From a virus (lineage: Duplodnaviria > Caudoviricetes): a DNA stretch of 60,185 nucleotides. The position numbers and the translations under genes were made by a program. Location of the stretch: positions 1 to 60,185 of IMG/VR virus record IMGVR_UViG_3300036766_000363, one strand, 5' to 3'. Below are positions 9,755 through 18,020 of this stretch, in pieces; positions within the stretch are counted from its first letter, which is position 1; each line of letters starts with the position of its first letter. The notes beneath the pieces are model-generated. The model saw only the letters and a list, made by a program, of their open reading frames with translations, was not told where the DNA came from and made no database searches.

Positions 9755-10096
9755 ATGAACAAGATCGTAAGGCTCGGCGAGGTTGGCGTAGACAGCGGTC
9801 AGCTGATGATCGTGGACCCGTGCTATCTCGGCCCGTGGGAGGCGGACAGCCCCGTTAGCGGGCCGAAGGGGGACGGGTTCACCAGGACTTACCGGCTCGC
9901 CTATTCGGACGCTTGCGCCGTCACCTGCCCGGACGGGAACGCTCGCGCTGGGCTCGGCGGCAACTTCGGGAAGCAGGACGAGGCGTTGGCGTTCTCGTCA
10001 GGCTACGGGGATGGCGTCTATCCCGTCTATGCCGAGATCAACAGGGAAGGGCGCGTCGTCTCGGTCACGGTGTATATGGACGGCCAGCGGGGATAG
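9755..10096 (+). CDS. DUF4241-like protein
   Basis: VGVDSGQLMIVDPCY and SSGYGDGVYPVY motifs. Confidence 0.75.
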   Translation: MNKIVRLGEVGVDSGQLMIVDPCYLGPWEADSPVSGPKGDGFTRTYRLAYSDACAVTCPDGNARAGLGGNFGKQDEALAFSSGYGDGVYPVYAEINREGRVVSVTVYMDGQRG

Positions 10097-10157
10097 CTCA
10101 CTAGGGGATCGGCGTAGTCCCGGCCCCGGCGGGATAACCGGGGGGAAGGAAAAGAAT

Positions 10158-10409
10158 ATGACTCTAAGTTGGAAGCAACTCAAAGGGGATCAGCGAATTG
10201 TCTACAATGCGCCGGTCTTTCAATACTTCATGGCGGGGCTCGTGCAGAACGGGGGAGCCGTGAGCCAGGACAAGACGGGGCGGATAACCCTGCGGTATAG
10301 CGACGGATCGGAGGAGTCTGCCGACTGCCCGGACTTTCAGGTGAGCGAGGCCGATAGCTTGCTCGCTATCGTTAGCCTTGTGCAGGACAGGGCGCGAGGG
10401 GGCGTATGA
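10158..10409 (+). CDS. Early hypothetical protein
   Basis: GAAGGA SD. Confidence 0.55.
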   Translation: MTLSWKQLKGDQRIVYNAPVFQYFMAGLVQNGGAVSQDKTGRITLRYSDGSEESADCPDFQVSEADSLLAIVSLVQDRARGGV

Positions 10410-10712
10410 TAGCAGGACTCTTGCAGTTCCTCCTAAGCCTTGTCGCGCAGTTCACGATCGTGGGGGTGATGGTATGGTTGGGATAGTCGCGCGGTATGGT
10501 CATCTACGGTACGACGTAGTTACGCCGCCTAAGAAGGCTCAGGATTGGCGGCGCGCCTGGGTCTGCCAATGCGGGGCGTGGGGCAGAATATCCTTGGTGG
10601 GATTCTTGTGGGAGGAGGAGGAAGCGGCAGAGGCTGCATGGCGGAGGCATGCGCAACGCTACCCCGTGCTCGTGTTCTAAGGGATCGGCGAGGTCCGGGC
10701 CGCCATCCTCAG

Positions 10713-11195
10713 TCAGTCATCGCCAGGGGGCGGGGTTACATCGGTAGCCTCGCCCTCTATAACGTTGCCCAGCAGGGACCGGGTGTGCCTCACGACGATC
10801 GCGCCACCATCCGGGCCTGAGATTTCGAGTCTCGGGTTACTGTACGAATCCGTGATCTTGAAGTACATGTCAAGCCCCTTTGAAGCTGCGTGGTCGTCGT
10901 AGCCCATCTCAACTACCTGTCCATCTTTAGTAAGTCCCATCTTCTTAGAGTCGATTACTCGCGCAAGCTTCGGGATCACTGCTTCCATCGTGAGGCCTGC
11001 GGCTTCCATCCGCCGCATAAGCAGCGCCCTCCACGCCTCCCCATCCCGGCCACTGAGCGGGGTGCCGCCGTGAGCGGGGGAGTAGTTGGCATCTAGGTAG
11101 GCCTGTCGAGGCCTCTTGCCCTGGACGATCCCTGCCAAGAAGGCCTCCTCGCGACTAGTCGGTTTGTCCACGCTCATTGGCTTTTCCTCGGGCAT
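10713..11195 (-). CDS. terS: Terminase small subunit (putative)
   Basis: N-terminal T-xREEAF...G...QAYxxAxYS HTH pattern; C-terminal LEISGPDGGAI. Confidence 0.7.
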   Translation of the reverse strand: MPEEKPMSVDKPTSREEAFLAGIVQGKRPRQAYLDANYSPAHGGTPLSGRDGEAWRALLMRRMEAAGLTMEAVIPKLARVIDSKKMGLTKDGQVVEMGYDDHAASKGLDMYFKITDSYSNPRLEISGPDGGAIVVRHTRSLLGNVIEGEATDVTPPPGDD

Positions 11196-11259
11196 TCATG
11201 ATAGAATATAGGAGCGGCACCATGTCGAGTGGCCCGCCCTTGACACCGGAGGTTTCCCG

Positions 11260-11814
11260 ATGCGATCTCATTTTACCTGTTCTGTCCCGAATTGTGCAAG
11301 CCCGTTTTATGGAAGGAGTTTTTGTAATCGTCACTACCAGAGGTGGCGCAAGCATCCTGACCGAGACCCATCCCATGAATCAGTCCCTGCCGAAAGGTTC
11401 TGGCCCAAGGTTGAAAAAACCGAAACGTGTTGGCTGTGGACGGGGGCGCTGTTGGATAGTGGGTACGGATTCTTTTGGGTTGACAATACTCGCCAGGTTG
11501 TGGCCCATCGTTTTGCCTATGAACTTCTTGTCGGCACGATCCCCGAGGGGCTTCAACTCGATCATCTTTGCCGCGTTCGTAATTGCGTCAACCCGAAGCA
11601 CCTAGAACCGGTAACTAATCGTGAAAACGCCCTTCGCAGCGAGTCCTTTTCTGGTCGTAGTGCTCGGCAAACCCACTGTGTTCACGGGCATCCTTTCGAT
11701 GAGGCGAATACCTATATTTGGGTTGGCCGTCCGACCCATCGTCAATGTCGAATCTGCATGAGTTATGCGGGCCGTCGCGCATCCCGCCTCGCCATGTCCT
11801 CCGCGACAACTTGA
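11260..11814 (+). CDS. HNH homing endonuclease
   Basis: CSVxxC..CxRHY N-terminus plus ERFW, AHRFAYE, LDHLCR. Confidence 0.92.
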   Translation: MRSHFTCSVPNCASPFYGRSFCNRHYQRWRKHPDRDPSHESVPAERFWPKVEKTETCWLWTGALLDSGYGFFWVDNTRQVVAHRFAYELLVGTIPEGLQLDHLCRVRNCVNPKHLEPVTNRENALRSESFSGRSARQTHCVHGHPFDEANTYIWVGRPTHRQCRICMSYAGRRASRLAMSSATT

Positions 11815-11915
11815 TTTATTTGCCCTAACCCCCTTGTGCATGGCCTCGCCCGTGGTACGGTGTTTATGGATCGGCTAGGAACGGCCTGCCGGTTACGAGG
11901 ATAAGGAGGAAGCAC

Positions 11916-12473
11916 ATGACTGAATTGATCACCGGATACCATTTTCTCCGCGAGGACATGCGAAGCGGCCAAGGGTCCACGCATCGCAAGCCGTGGGTTG
12001 TCGGGCAGACCCGCAAGATGCGTGGGGCCATCATCCCTTGCCGGAACGGCTACCACGCCAGCCCCACTGCGTTCGACGCGCTTCAGTACTCTCCCGGCCC
12101 TGTTCTCTGCCTGGTCGAACTGAGCGGGGATGTGACTCCTCACGGCAATCCCGTGGACAAGTACGCGGGCCGTTCGCGGAAGCCACTCAAGGCCGTAGAT
12201 ATTTCGCGGGAACTCCGCCTGTTCGCCTGTGAGTGCGCCGAACGGGTGTTGCCGAGCTACGAAGCGGCTTACCCCAGTGACCTTCGTCCTCGGGTAGCGA
12301 TTGAAACCGTCCGCCGGTTCGCAGACGGGAGCGCTACCGCGCAAGAACTGACTGCGGCGTGGGATGCGGCGTGGGCTGCGGCGAGGGATGCGGCGTGGGC
12401 TGCGGCGAGGGATGCGGAAAGCGCGTGGCAACGCGAGCGATTCAACGCTATCTGCCAGGAGGCTTTGCGATGA
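11916..12473 (+). CDS. Phage protein with AAWDAA repeats (Imm5-like region)
   Basis: AGGAGG SD; CRNGYHAS; FACECAERVL..D.RPR.AI; 21-bp repeats. Confidence 0.75.
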   Translation: MTELITGYHFLREDMRSGQGSTHRKPWVVGQTRKMRGAIIPCRNGYHASPTAFDALQYSPGPVLCLVELSGDVTPHGNPVDKYAGRSRKPLKAVDISRELRLFACECAERVLPSYEAAYPSDLRPRVAIETVRRFADGSATAQELTAAWDAAWAAARDAAWAAARDAESAWQRERFNAICQEALR

Positions 12474-12660
12474 CAGCTTCGCAAGACGCACGTTTCGGCC
12501 CCGTGGCCTACCACGAGGCCCCATATACCATCCGCGTCCAGGAAGGGCGCCAGCAGCCCTATGCCGTCTATACTAGGGAGAGTAAGGGTGACGTGCTGGA
12601 TTACTTCGCCTTCACCATGCTCGAAGCGCGGCACTGGATTGCGAACAGAGGAGGTGCGGC

Positions 12661-13071
12661 ATGAACGCAGAAGAACTGACCAAACTGGCCGACAGGTACG
12701 AAGGCGAAGCTCGCCAGTACGAGCGGGAGGATGCTCAGCACGACCCGTCAAGGCGTGAGATTGTCGAATGGCGCGCTACCGCTGCCGCCCTCCGCCTCGC
12801 CGCGACGCTGGAGGAGTTCTTCGCACTGCCTTTTTGCCCCGAGGTTGTCTTTCTCGGCAATCAGTTCCGTGCAGATTGCCGCAATGCGACCGCGTACGGC
12901 TCCACTCCCATTGAAGCCATGCGCGCTGCCATCGACGCCGCGAAGCCGAAGCCGCATGAGCACGAGTTCGGGCCGTGGTTCTACAAGGAAGCGATCGGCC
13001 AGTACGTCCGGGCTTGCGGGAACCTCTGCGTTGCCGAGTTTGCCGACCGCCTGGTGCCCGCGCATGATTGA
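12661..13071 (+). CDS. Hypothetical protein
   Basis: GGAGG SD; ATGA-type coupling. Confidence 0.6.
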   Translation: MNAEELTKLADRYEGEARQYEREDAQHDPSRREIVEWRATAAALRLAATLEEFFALPFCPEVVFLGNQFRADCRNATAYGSTPIEAMRAAIDAAKPKPHEHEFGPWFYKEAIGQYVRACGNLCVAEFADRLVPAHD

Positions 13072-13076
13072 GCATG

Positions 13077-13148
13077 CGTGGTATACTAAGAGAAAGGCCC
13101 CGCGACGTTTCCGCGTCCGGGGCACGACACCGAGAAAGTGAGTTCACG
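13077..13148 (+). promoter_or_regulatory. HNH leader copy 2: extended -10 plus hairpin
   Basis: Near-identical to 4337-4408 in inverted orientation. Confidence 0.75.
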
Positions 13149-13592
13149 ATGCAAAGCAATCTTACCACCGAAGAGCGATTCTGGGCAAAGGTTAACAAGA
13201 CGGAAGGCTGTTGGCTGTGGACGGCGACCCTCATGCCAAATGGTTACGGGCAATTCACGGTTGGCGGGAAGAAGATCCTTGTCCACCGTTTCGCCTATGA
13301 ACTGCTCTTCGGCCTGATTCCTGAAGGATTGCAACTTGACCACCTGTGCAGGGTTCGGCATTGTGTGTACCCCGCACACCTAGAGCCAGTTACTCCCCGT
13401 GAGAATGTCCTTCGGGGCGAGACGGTCGCAGCCAGCAATGCTCGAAAGACACACTGTCTTCGAGGCCACCCCTTCGACGAAGTGAACACTTGTCATTGGC
13501 AGTCACGGCCGGGTCGGCGTGATTGCCGGGAGTGCAAGCGCGACCATACTCGTGCGTATCGGGTTAGGCAGGGGGGGGGGGGGGTAAAATGA
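13149..13592 (+). CDS. HNH homing endonuclease
   Basis: Close paralog of 3917-4336; ends in a G14 tract. Confidence 0.92.
   Translation: MQSNLTTEERFWAKVNKTEGCWLWTATLMPNGYGQFTVGGKKILVHRFAYELLFGLIPEGLQLDHLCRVRHCVYPAHLEPVTPRENVLRGETVAASNARKTHCLRGHPFDEVNTCHWQSRPGRRDCRECKRDHTRAYRVRQGGGGVK
13571..13584 (+). repeat. G14 homopolymer
   Basis: 14 consecutive G immediately upstream of the recombinase ATG. Confidence 0.9.
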
Positions 13593-14248
13593 ATCTCGTA
13601 ATTGGCTACACTCGCTGCTCCACGCAGGAGCAGGCCGACTCTGGCCTCGGGATCGAGGCGCAAATGGCTACGATCAAGAGTGCGTGGCTTAATCGCCGGG
13701 AGGCGGCTACCGATCCTATCGGCATCACCTGGTACTCCGACCCCGGCGTGTCCGGCTCTACCCCGTGGGAGGAGCGCCCTCAGCTTTCGACCGCCATCCA
13801 GCGCCTCAACAAGGAGGGCGGCACGTTGATGGTGGCGAAGCTCGACCGCCTCAGCCGCTCCCTCCAGGACTTCGCCGACATCATGGCCCTCAGCCAGAAG
13901 CACAAGTGGTCCCTCGTGGCCCTTGATCTCGGGGTCGATACGTCCACCCCGGTCGGGGAGATGGTCGCGGGGATCATGGCGTCCATCTCACAGTTCGAGC
14001 GGAAGCTGATCGGCCAGCGGACAAAGGAAGCCTTGGCCGCCAAGAAGGAAAGGGGGGAGAAGGTGGGCCGGACGAGTACGGTGAGCGAGAAAACCCTTTG
14101 GGATCTTCAAACGTATCGAGGGAGGGGGTACACGTACGCTTATATTGCTGGGCTAATGAACGACTCCGGGGTTGAGCCACCGCAGGCTCACGGCAAGATG
14201 TGGTACGCATCTTCGGTGCGGGCGGTTCTCAAGGCGGCGCAGGAATGA
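13589..14248 (+). CDS. Small serine recombinase (resolvase/invertase family)
   Basis: GYTRCSTQEQ, DxGVSG, RPQL, VAKLDRLSRS, DTSTPxG, FERxLIxQRT; C-terminal HTH. Confidence 0.95.
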   Translation: MNLVIGYTRCSTQEQADSGLGIEAQMATIKSAWLNRREAATDPIGITWYSDPGVSGSTPWEERPQLSTAIQRLNKEGGTLMVAKLDRLSRSLQDFADIMALSQKHKWSLVALDLGVDTSTPVGEMVAGIMASISQFERKLIGQRTKEALAAKKERGEKVGRTSTVSEKTLWDLQTYRGRGYTYAYIAGLMNDSGVEPPQAHGKMWYASSVRAVLKAAQE

Positions 14249-14521
14249 GCAACATCTGTTGGGAGTGTGGCGAAGGACTCCCAACGCTCCGCACTCCTGG
14301 TTATTGGGTAAAGGACGCCGAGGCATGGGTTCGCCATCCCGACCCTCCGGCCTGTAAGGAAGGGGCGGGATGGTGGGAGCGACACGAGGATGGGTCGGCA
14401 ACCTGCCTTATGTGCCTTGCCTTTGCCTAGACGTGGTAGAATGGAGCAGATACCGCTCTACCGGCATCGTCCCCTTACGGGTAGAGACGTGATGGGGCGG
14501 TGTCGGAAGGGCGGTTTTCTC

Positions 14522-14743
14522 ATGTCCCGCGCACGCGTGGAGCGACTCGATGTGGCATGCATCCCAAACGGTATTCTGCTCATCATCGACCCGGGATACC
14601 TGCGTAAGTACCCTGAACTACTGTTCCCTGGGAAAGACGATAAGTCCAAGGATCCGCGGAAGATGCGGGCCCGGATTAGCTTTCGCATTCTCCGTCAGAT
14701 CGCCCCATGGCGGCATCAGTCGCTGGTGATCCCGTACCCCTAG
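14522..14743 (+). pseudogene. C-terminal remnant of a BglI-family restriction endonuclease
   Basis: ACIPNGILLIIDPGY...LFPGKDDKSK...RARISFRIL resembles the BglI C-terminus as I recall it; convergent with the m4C MTase. Confidence 0.7.
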
Positions 14744-14744
14744 C

Positions 14745-15752
14745 TCAGAGCAGCCGTTGCTGGCTCTCAAGCGCGAGCAGGCGCGCCTGGGCAAGGGCCA
14801 AGTAATGCGGCTCTTTCTCAATGCCGATGTACTGGCGCCTATGTTTGACGGCTGCCATCGCTGTTGTGCCGGAGCCCATAAATGGATCGAGGACCGTTTC
14901 TCCCGGATCGCTGAACAAGCGAACTACTCGCTCGGCCAGTTCGATTGGGAATTTGGCTTCGTGGTCGTCGTTGGCGCGGACGCTCGGGATCTGCCAAATG
15001 CCTCGCAGTCCCCACTCCTTCCATTCCGACCCAGAGAGTTTGGACCGGTCGAGGACCTGCTGGCCGGGTTTCCAGAAGACGTACAGATCCTCGTACTCAT
15101 CCACCGCTTTGAAAGTGTTGCTCGTCCAGCGCGAATTCGCCCATGCGGGATCTTTCGCCCAGATGCGATGGTCGTAGAGATAGAGGCCACAATCGTAGGC
15201 GTAGGTTTCCAAAGTTCCACCCACGAGCTTTACACGGGTCTGCGTCTCGTACTTGCCGCCCCGAATATTGTTACCGTTCAGGCGTCGGTCAATGGTTTGT
15301 TCGCTGCACTCTAGGTGAGCGGCCAACTGATAGCGGTTGTAGTGGGGAAAGTGCGCTTTTGCCACTAGCACCATGTCGCGTGTGACGGCACTCCGCTGCA
15401 TAGAGATGTTCATGCCCTGAAAGCGGGGGATCGTCTCGTCCTTGAAACACTTGATATTAGCGATGTTGATGACCATAAAGCCCCCCGGTTGGAGGGCCTG
15501 GTGGTGGAGACGGATCACGTCCCGAAGCATGGCCTGCCATGACTCGTAAGTCTCGTCCTTCTCATAGGCCTTGCCCACAAAGTATGGCGGCGACCAGAAG
15601 CTGAGAGAGATGGATCCAGGCGCGAGGTCACGCATGACCAGCTCCGACCGGCCAAGGTACAGGTTGTTGGGCGCGAGCGAAGAGGTGCCTGCTTCGTCCG
15701 ACGGCTCATGATGAGCACAGGGTTTTTCCAGTCGTTCCAAGGCGTTATCCAC
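14745..15752 (-). CDS. N4-cytosine DNA methyltransferase, beta class (M.BglI-like)
   Basis: SPPY motif IV, HEAKFP, VLDPFMGSGTT motif I; internal HTH-like insert. Confidence 0.92.
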   Translation of the reverse strand: MDNALERLEKPCAHHEPSDEAGTSSLAPNNLYLGRSELVMRDLAPGSISLSFWSPPYFVGKAYEKDETYESWQAMLRDVIRLHHQALQPGGFMVINIANIKCFKDETIPRFQGMNISMQRSAVTRDMVLVAKAHFPHYNRYQLAAHLECSEQTIDRRLNGNNIRGGKYETQTRVKLVGGTLETYAYDCGLYLYDHRIWAKDPAWANSRWTSNTFKAVDEYEDLYVFWKPGQQVLDRSKLSGSEWKEWGLRGIWQIPSVRANDDHEAKFPIELAERVVRLFSDPGETVLDPFMGSGTTAMAAVKHRRQYIGIEKEPHYLALAQARLLALESQQRLL

Positions 15753-15851
15753 AGAGAATGTTACTCATTGTATGCAGGAGGCCCGCGCGCTGGCAAGTCA
15801 ACCCCAGGCACGCAGTTGGTTCGGTGAAAGTCTTGGAGCTCCAGGCCCGTT

Positions 15852-16075
15852 CTATCCTGGGCCCTTGTTGGAGCGCCGGGGGTGAGTGTACAGCGCCGGA
15901 GCAGGGCGGAGAAGCCGCAGTCGCGCCGCCCGCCAAGTGACCAGGCAGCGCCTCGCGACCTTCTCTGGCGTTGGTCGGTCGAGGCGGGAGAGCCACGTGT
16001 CGGGGATGAAGAGTTGGAGCGCAAACTCCTCCGCCAGCGCGCACTCGTAGAAGTCGGCCTGGCCGTCGCGACGGA
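15852..16075 (-). pseudogene. Possible C-terminal fragment of an ImmA/IrrE-type metallopeptidase
   Basis: ExxAxxFAxxLxIP...VAxxxxVTxxAAxxRL pattern. Confidence 0.35.
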
Positions 16076-16078
16076 ACG

Positions 16079-17647
16079 CTATAGTGCCACCCACCCCCAC
16101 CTAGAATCGGCTGTCCTTTCTAGTTGGCACCAAACCCCTCGTCCGCCTGTGAGTATGCGAGAGGCCTGTTCGTAGGGAATTTCTATGGCCTTTGCCACCT
16201 CCCCTTGGGGTGTGACCCCATTCAGGGAGAGGAATTCTTGAATGCGCTCTGCGTATTCATCCTCAGTCCCTGAGCGATTGAAAACGATAGGCCCATCGGT
16301 TCCGTTGAATCGAACAGACATTCCCCACGGCTGAGGCCAAGGCCCATTGCTATTTTTGGTGCAAATCCAGGTGATGTTGGCCTCGTCTCCGACAGGCTTT
16401 CCTGAAAGTCGCCAATTTCTTCCGTGAGGTGCGTACTGCCAGAAGGCGTTGCCGTACAATTTGGTGTCGTCTGCTGCGGGAACTTGTCCGATGACGAGTT
16501 TGGTGGGGACATTGACTCGATCAAGGGCGGCGAAGAACTTCATTGCTGGTGCCGGGTCTAGCATGTCCCCCGAAACCGCCCATCCTGCGGAGTCAACAAT
16601 CAGTAGCTCGGCCCCTGTCTCCTCGGCAGCGCGCCGGAGCCGCCTCACCTGGTCGGCCATCGGGATACCCCCACCGGGTATCCTGCGGATCGGCAAGTCC
16701 TCGATGATGGCGGGGTCGAGGCCAAGGCCCAAGAGTGCGCGGGCAATCCGCCGTTCCCAGTCTTCCTTGTTGCTCTCGTAGTCGAGAATCAGGACGGGGG
16801 AGGAGCGAGGCACCCGCCAACCGGCAAACGAGCCGCCAAGGGCCACTGAGACGGCGAGGAAGGCACTCGTCAGTGACTTCGTGCTGGCTGGGGGCGCAAA
16901 GAGGATGCTGGTCTGCCCCTCGGGCAGGATCTCCTCCACCAGGAAGGTGCGGGACGGGCGATTCTCGATGTACTCCAGCCGCTCCGTGATCTCCGGGTCG
17001 CGGACGGACTTGACGATTCGCCCCAGCCCGGTCGCAAGCAGGCGGGTCCACCCGAGTTCCTTGTTCCCGTAGTGATCGCCAAGTGCACGTACAAGCCCTT
17101 GCTTGGCCGACTCACTGAGCATGTTCAAGCGGAGGGCATAGGGTTCGTCCTCGATCCCCTCCACGCCCATGCTCACGGTCATCTCACAGGTTAGTTCGCC
17201 CTTGGCCCCGCTGAATATCTCGTCGGCATCGAATACTACTGGCCCTTCCGCCGAAGGGACGGTTACCCGGATATGGTCGTCCGCCACTCGTTCGAGCACG
17301 GGCTTGTCGGAGGAGAGCAGGTCATCGAGGACGCCACCCGCATTGAAGAAGTCCACACAGTCGGCCTTTGCGCTCTCCGCCCAGACAATGAGGCGCGTAG
17401 AGCGCGCGATGCCACGGAGATTGCGCTGGATCTCGGTTGCCCAGCGGAGGCCGGGGGCGTCGTTGTCGCGCCAGATGATTACGTCACGCCCACGGAGCGG
17501 TTCGCATTGTTCACGAGTCGGCACATCACCGGCTCCGCCTGGCCCGCAGACGGCCTGTTCGTTGCGCGCCCACATTGCCTTACAGCATTGCTCCCCTTCG
17601 ACCACCCATACGCGCTTCTGCTCGGCAGCGTACTCCTTGTCATTCAC
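16079..17647 (-). CDS. Primase-helicase, C-terminal part (TOPRIM plus RepA/AAA_25 helicase)
   Basis: VWVVEGE, WRDNDAPG, Walker A APPASTKS, LILDYE, LLIVDS; possible GTG start at 17647. Confidence 0.9.
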   Translation of the reverse strand: MNDKEYAAEQKRVWVVEGEQCCKAMWARNEQAVCGPGGAGDVPTREQCEPLRGRDVIIWRDNDAPGLRWATEIQRNLRGIARSTRLIVWAESAKADCVDFFNAGGVLDDLLSSDKPVLERVADDHIRVTVPSAEGPVVFDADEIFSGAKGELTCEMTVSMGVEGIEDEPYALRLNMLSESAKQGLVRALGDHYGNKELGWTRLLATGLGRIVKSVRDPEITERLEYIENRPSRTFLVEEILPEGQTSILFAPPASTKSLTSAFLAVSVALGGSFAGWRVPRSSPVLILDYESNKEDWERRIARALLGLGLDPAIIEDLPIRRIPGGGIPMADQVRRLRRAAEETGAELLIVDSAGWAVSGDMLDPAPAMKFFAALDRVNVPTKLVIGQVPAADDTKLYGNAFWQYAPHGRNWRLSGKPVGDEANITWICTKNSNGPWPQPWGMSVRFNGTDGPIVFNRSGTEDEYAERIQEFLSLNGVTPQGEVAKAIEIPYEQASRILTGGRGVWCQLERTADSRWGWVAL

Positions 17648-18020
17648 TATCCACGCTCCATTCGGAAATCCCTGCCGACTGCATGAGCATTTCACAGCCA
17701 CGGCAAACACCGCGCATCGTAGTGTCGCCGTTCTTCACGTAGACGTAGACGGTGGCCCCGTCCAGCGAGATGCCGTAGCGAGCAGCGGTCGCCACCAGGT
17801 TGGCCTCGGCGTGGACGGTGCGGACACAGTGCCCGCCCTCCATGACGCAGCCGAAGTCAGTGCAGTGATTCTTCCCCGGAGGGGCGCCGTTATAGCCGGT
17901 AGCGAGGACTTGGTGGTTCTTGACCGCCACAGCCCCAATGGAGGCACGAGGGCAGGATGCACGAGCAGAGACAGCACGGGCCATGTCCAAAAAATAGTCA
18001 GACCAGCAGGGGCGGGTCAT
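17640..18020 (-). CDS. dCMP deaminase (ComEB-like), inserted in the primase gene
   Basis: YFLDMA..VS.RASC, TGYNGAP, HAEAN, CxxC. Confidence 0.93.
   Translation of the reverse strand: MTRPCWSDYFLDMARAVSARASCPRASIGAVAVKNHQVLATGYNGAPPGKNHCTDFGCVMEGGHCVRTVHAEANLVATAARYGISLDGATVYVYVKNGDTTMRGVCRGCEMLMQSAGISEWSVDSE

Noticed and set aside
12352-12416. 21-bp repeat as a regulatory array
   Set aside because: Encodes the AAWDAA/AARDAA repeats common in this phage protein family
13589-14248. IS607 element or integrase
   Set aside because: No tnpB, no N-terminal HTH and no large-serine zinc ribbon; no att sites seen
17640-18020. Group I/II intron or intein in the primase
   Set aside because: The insert is entirely the deaminase ORF; no room for a ribozyme core and no intein termini
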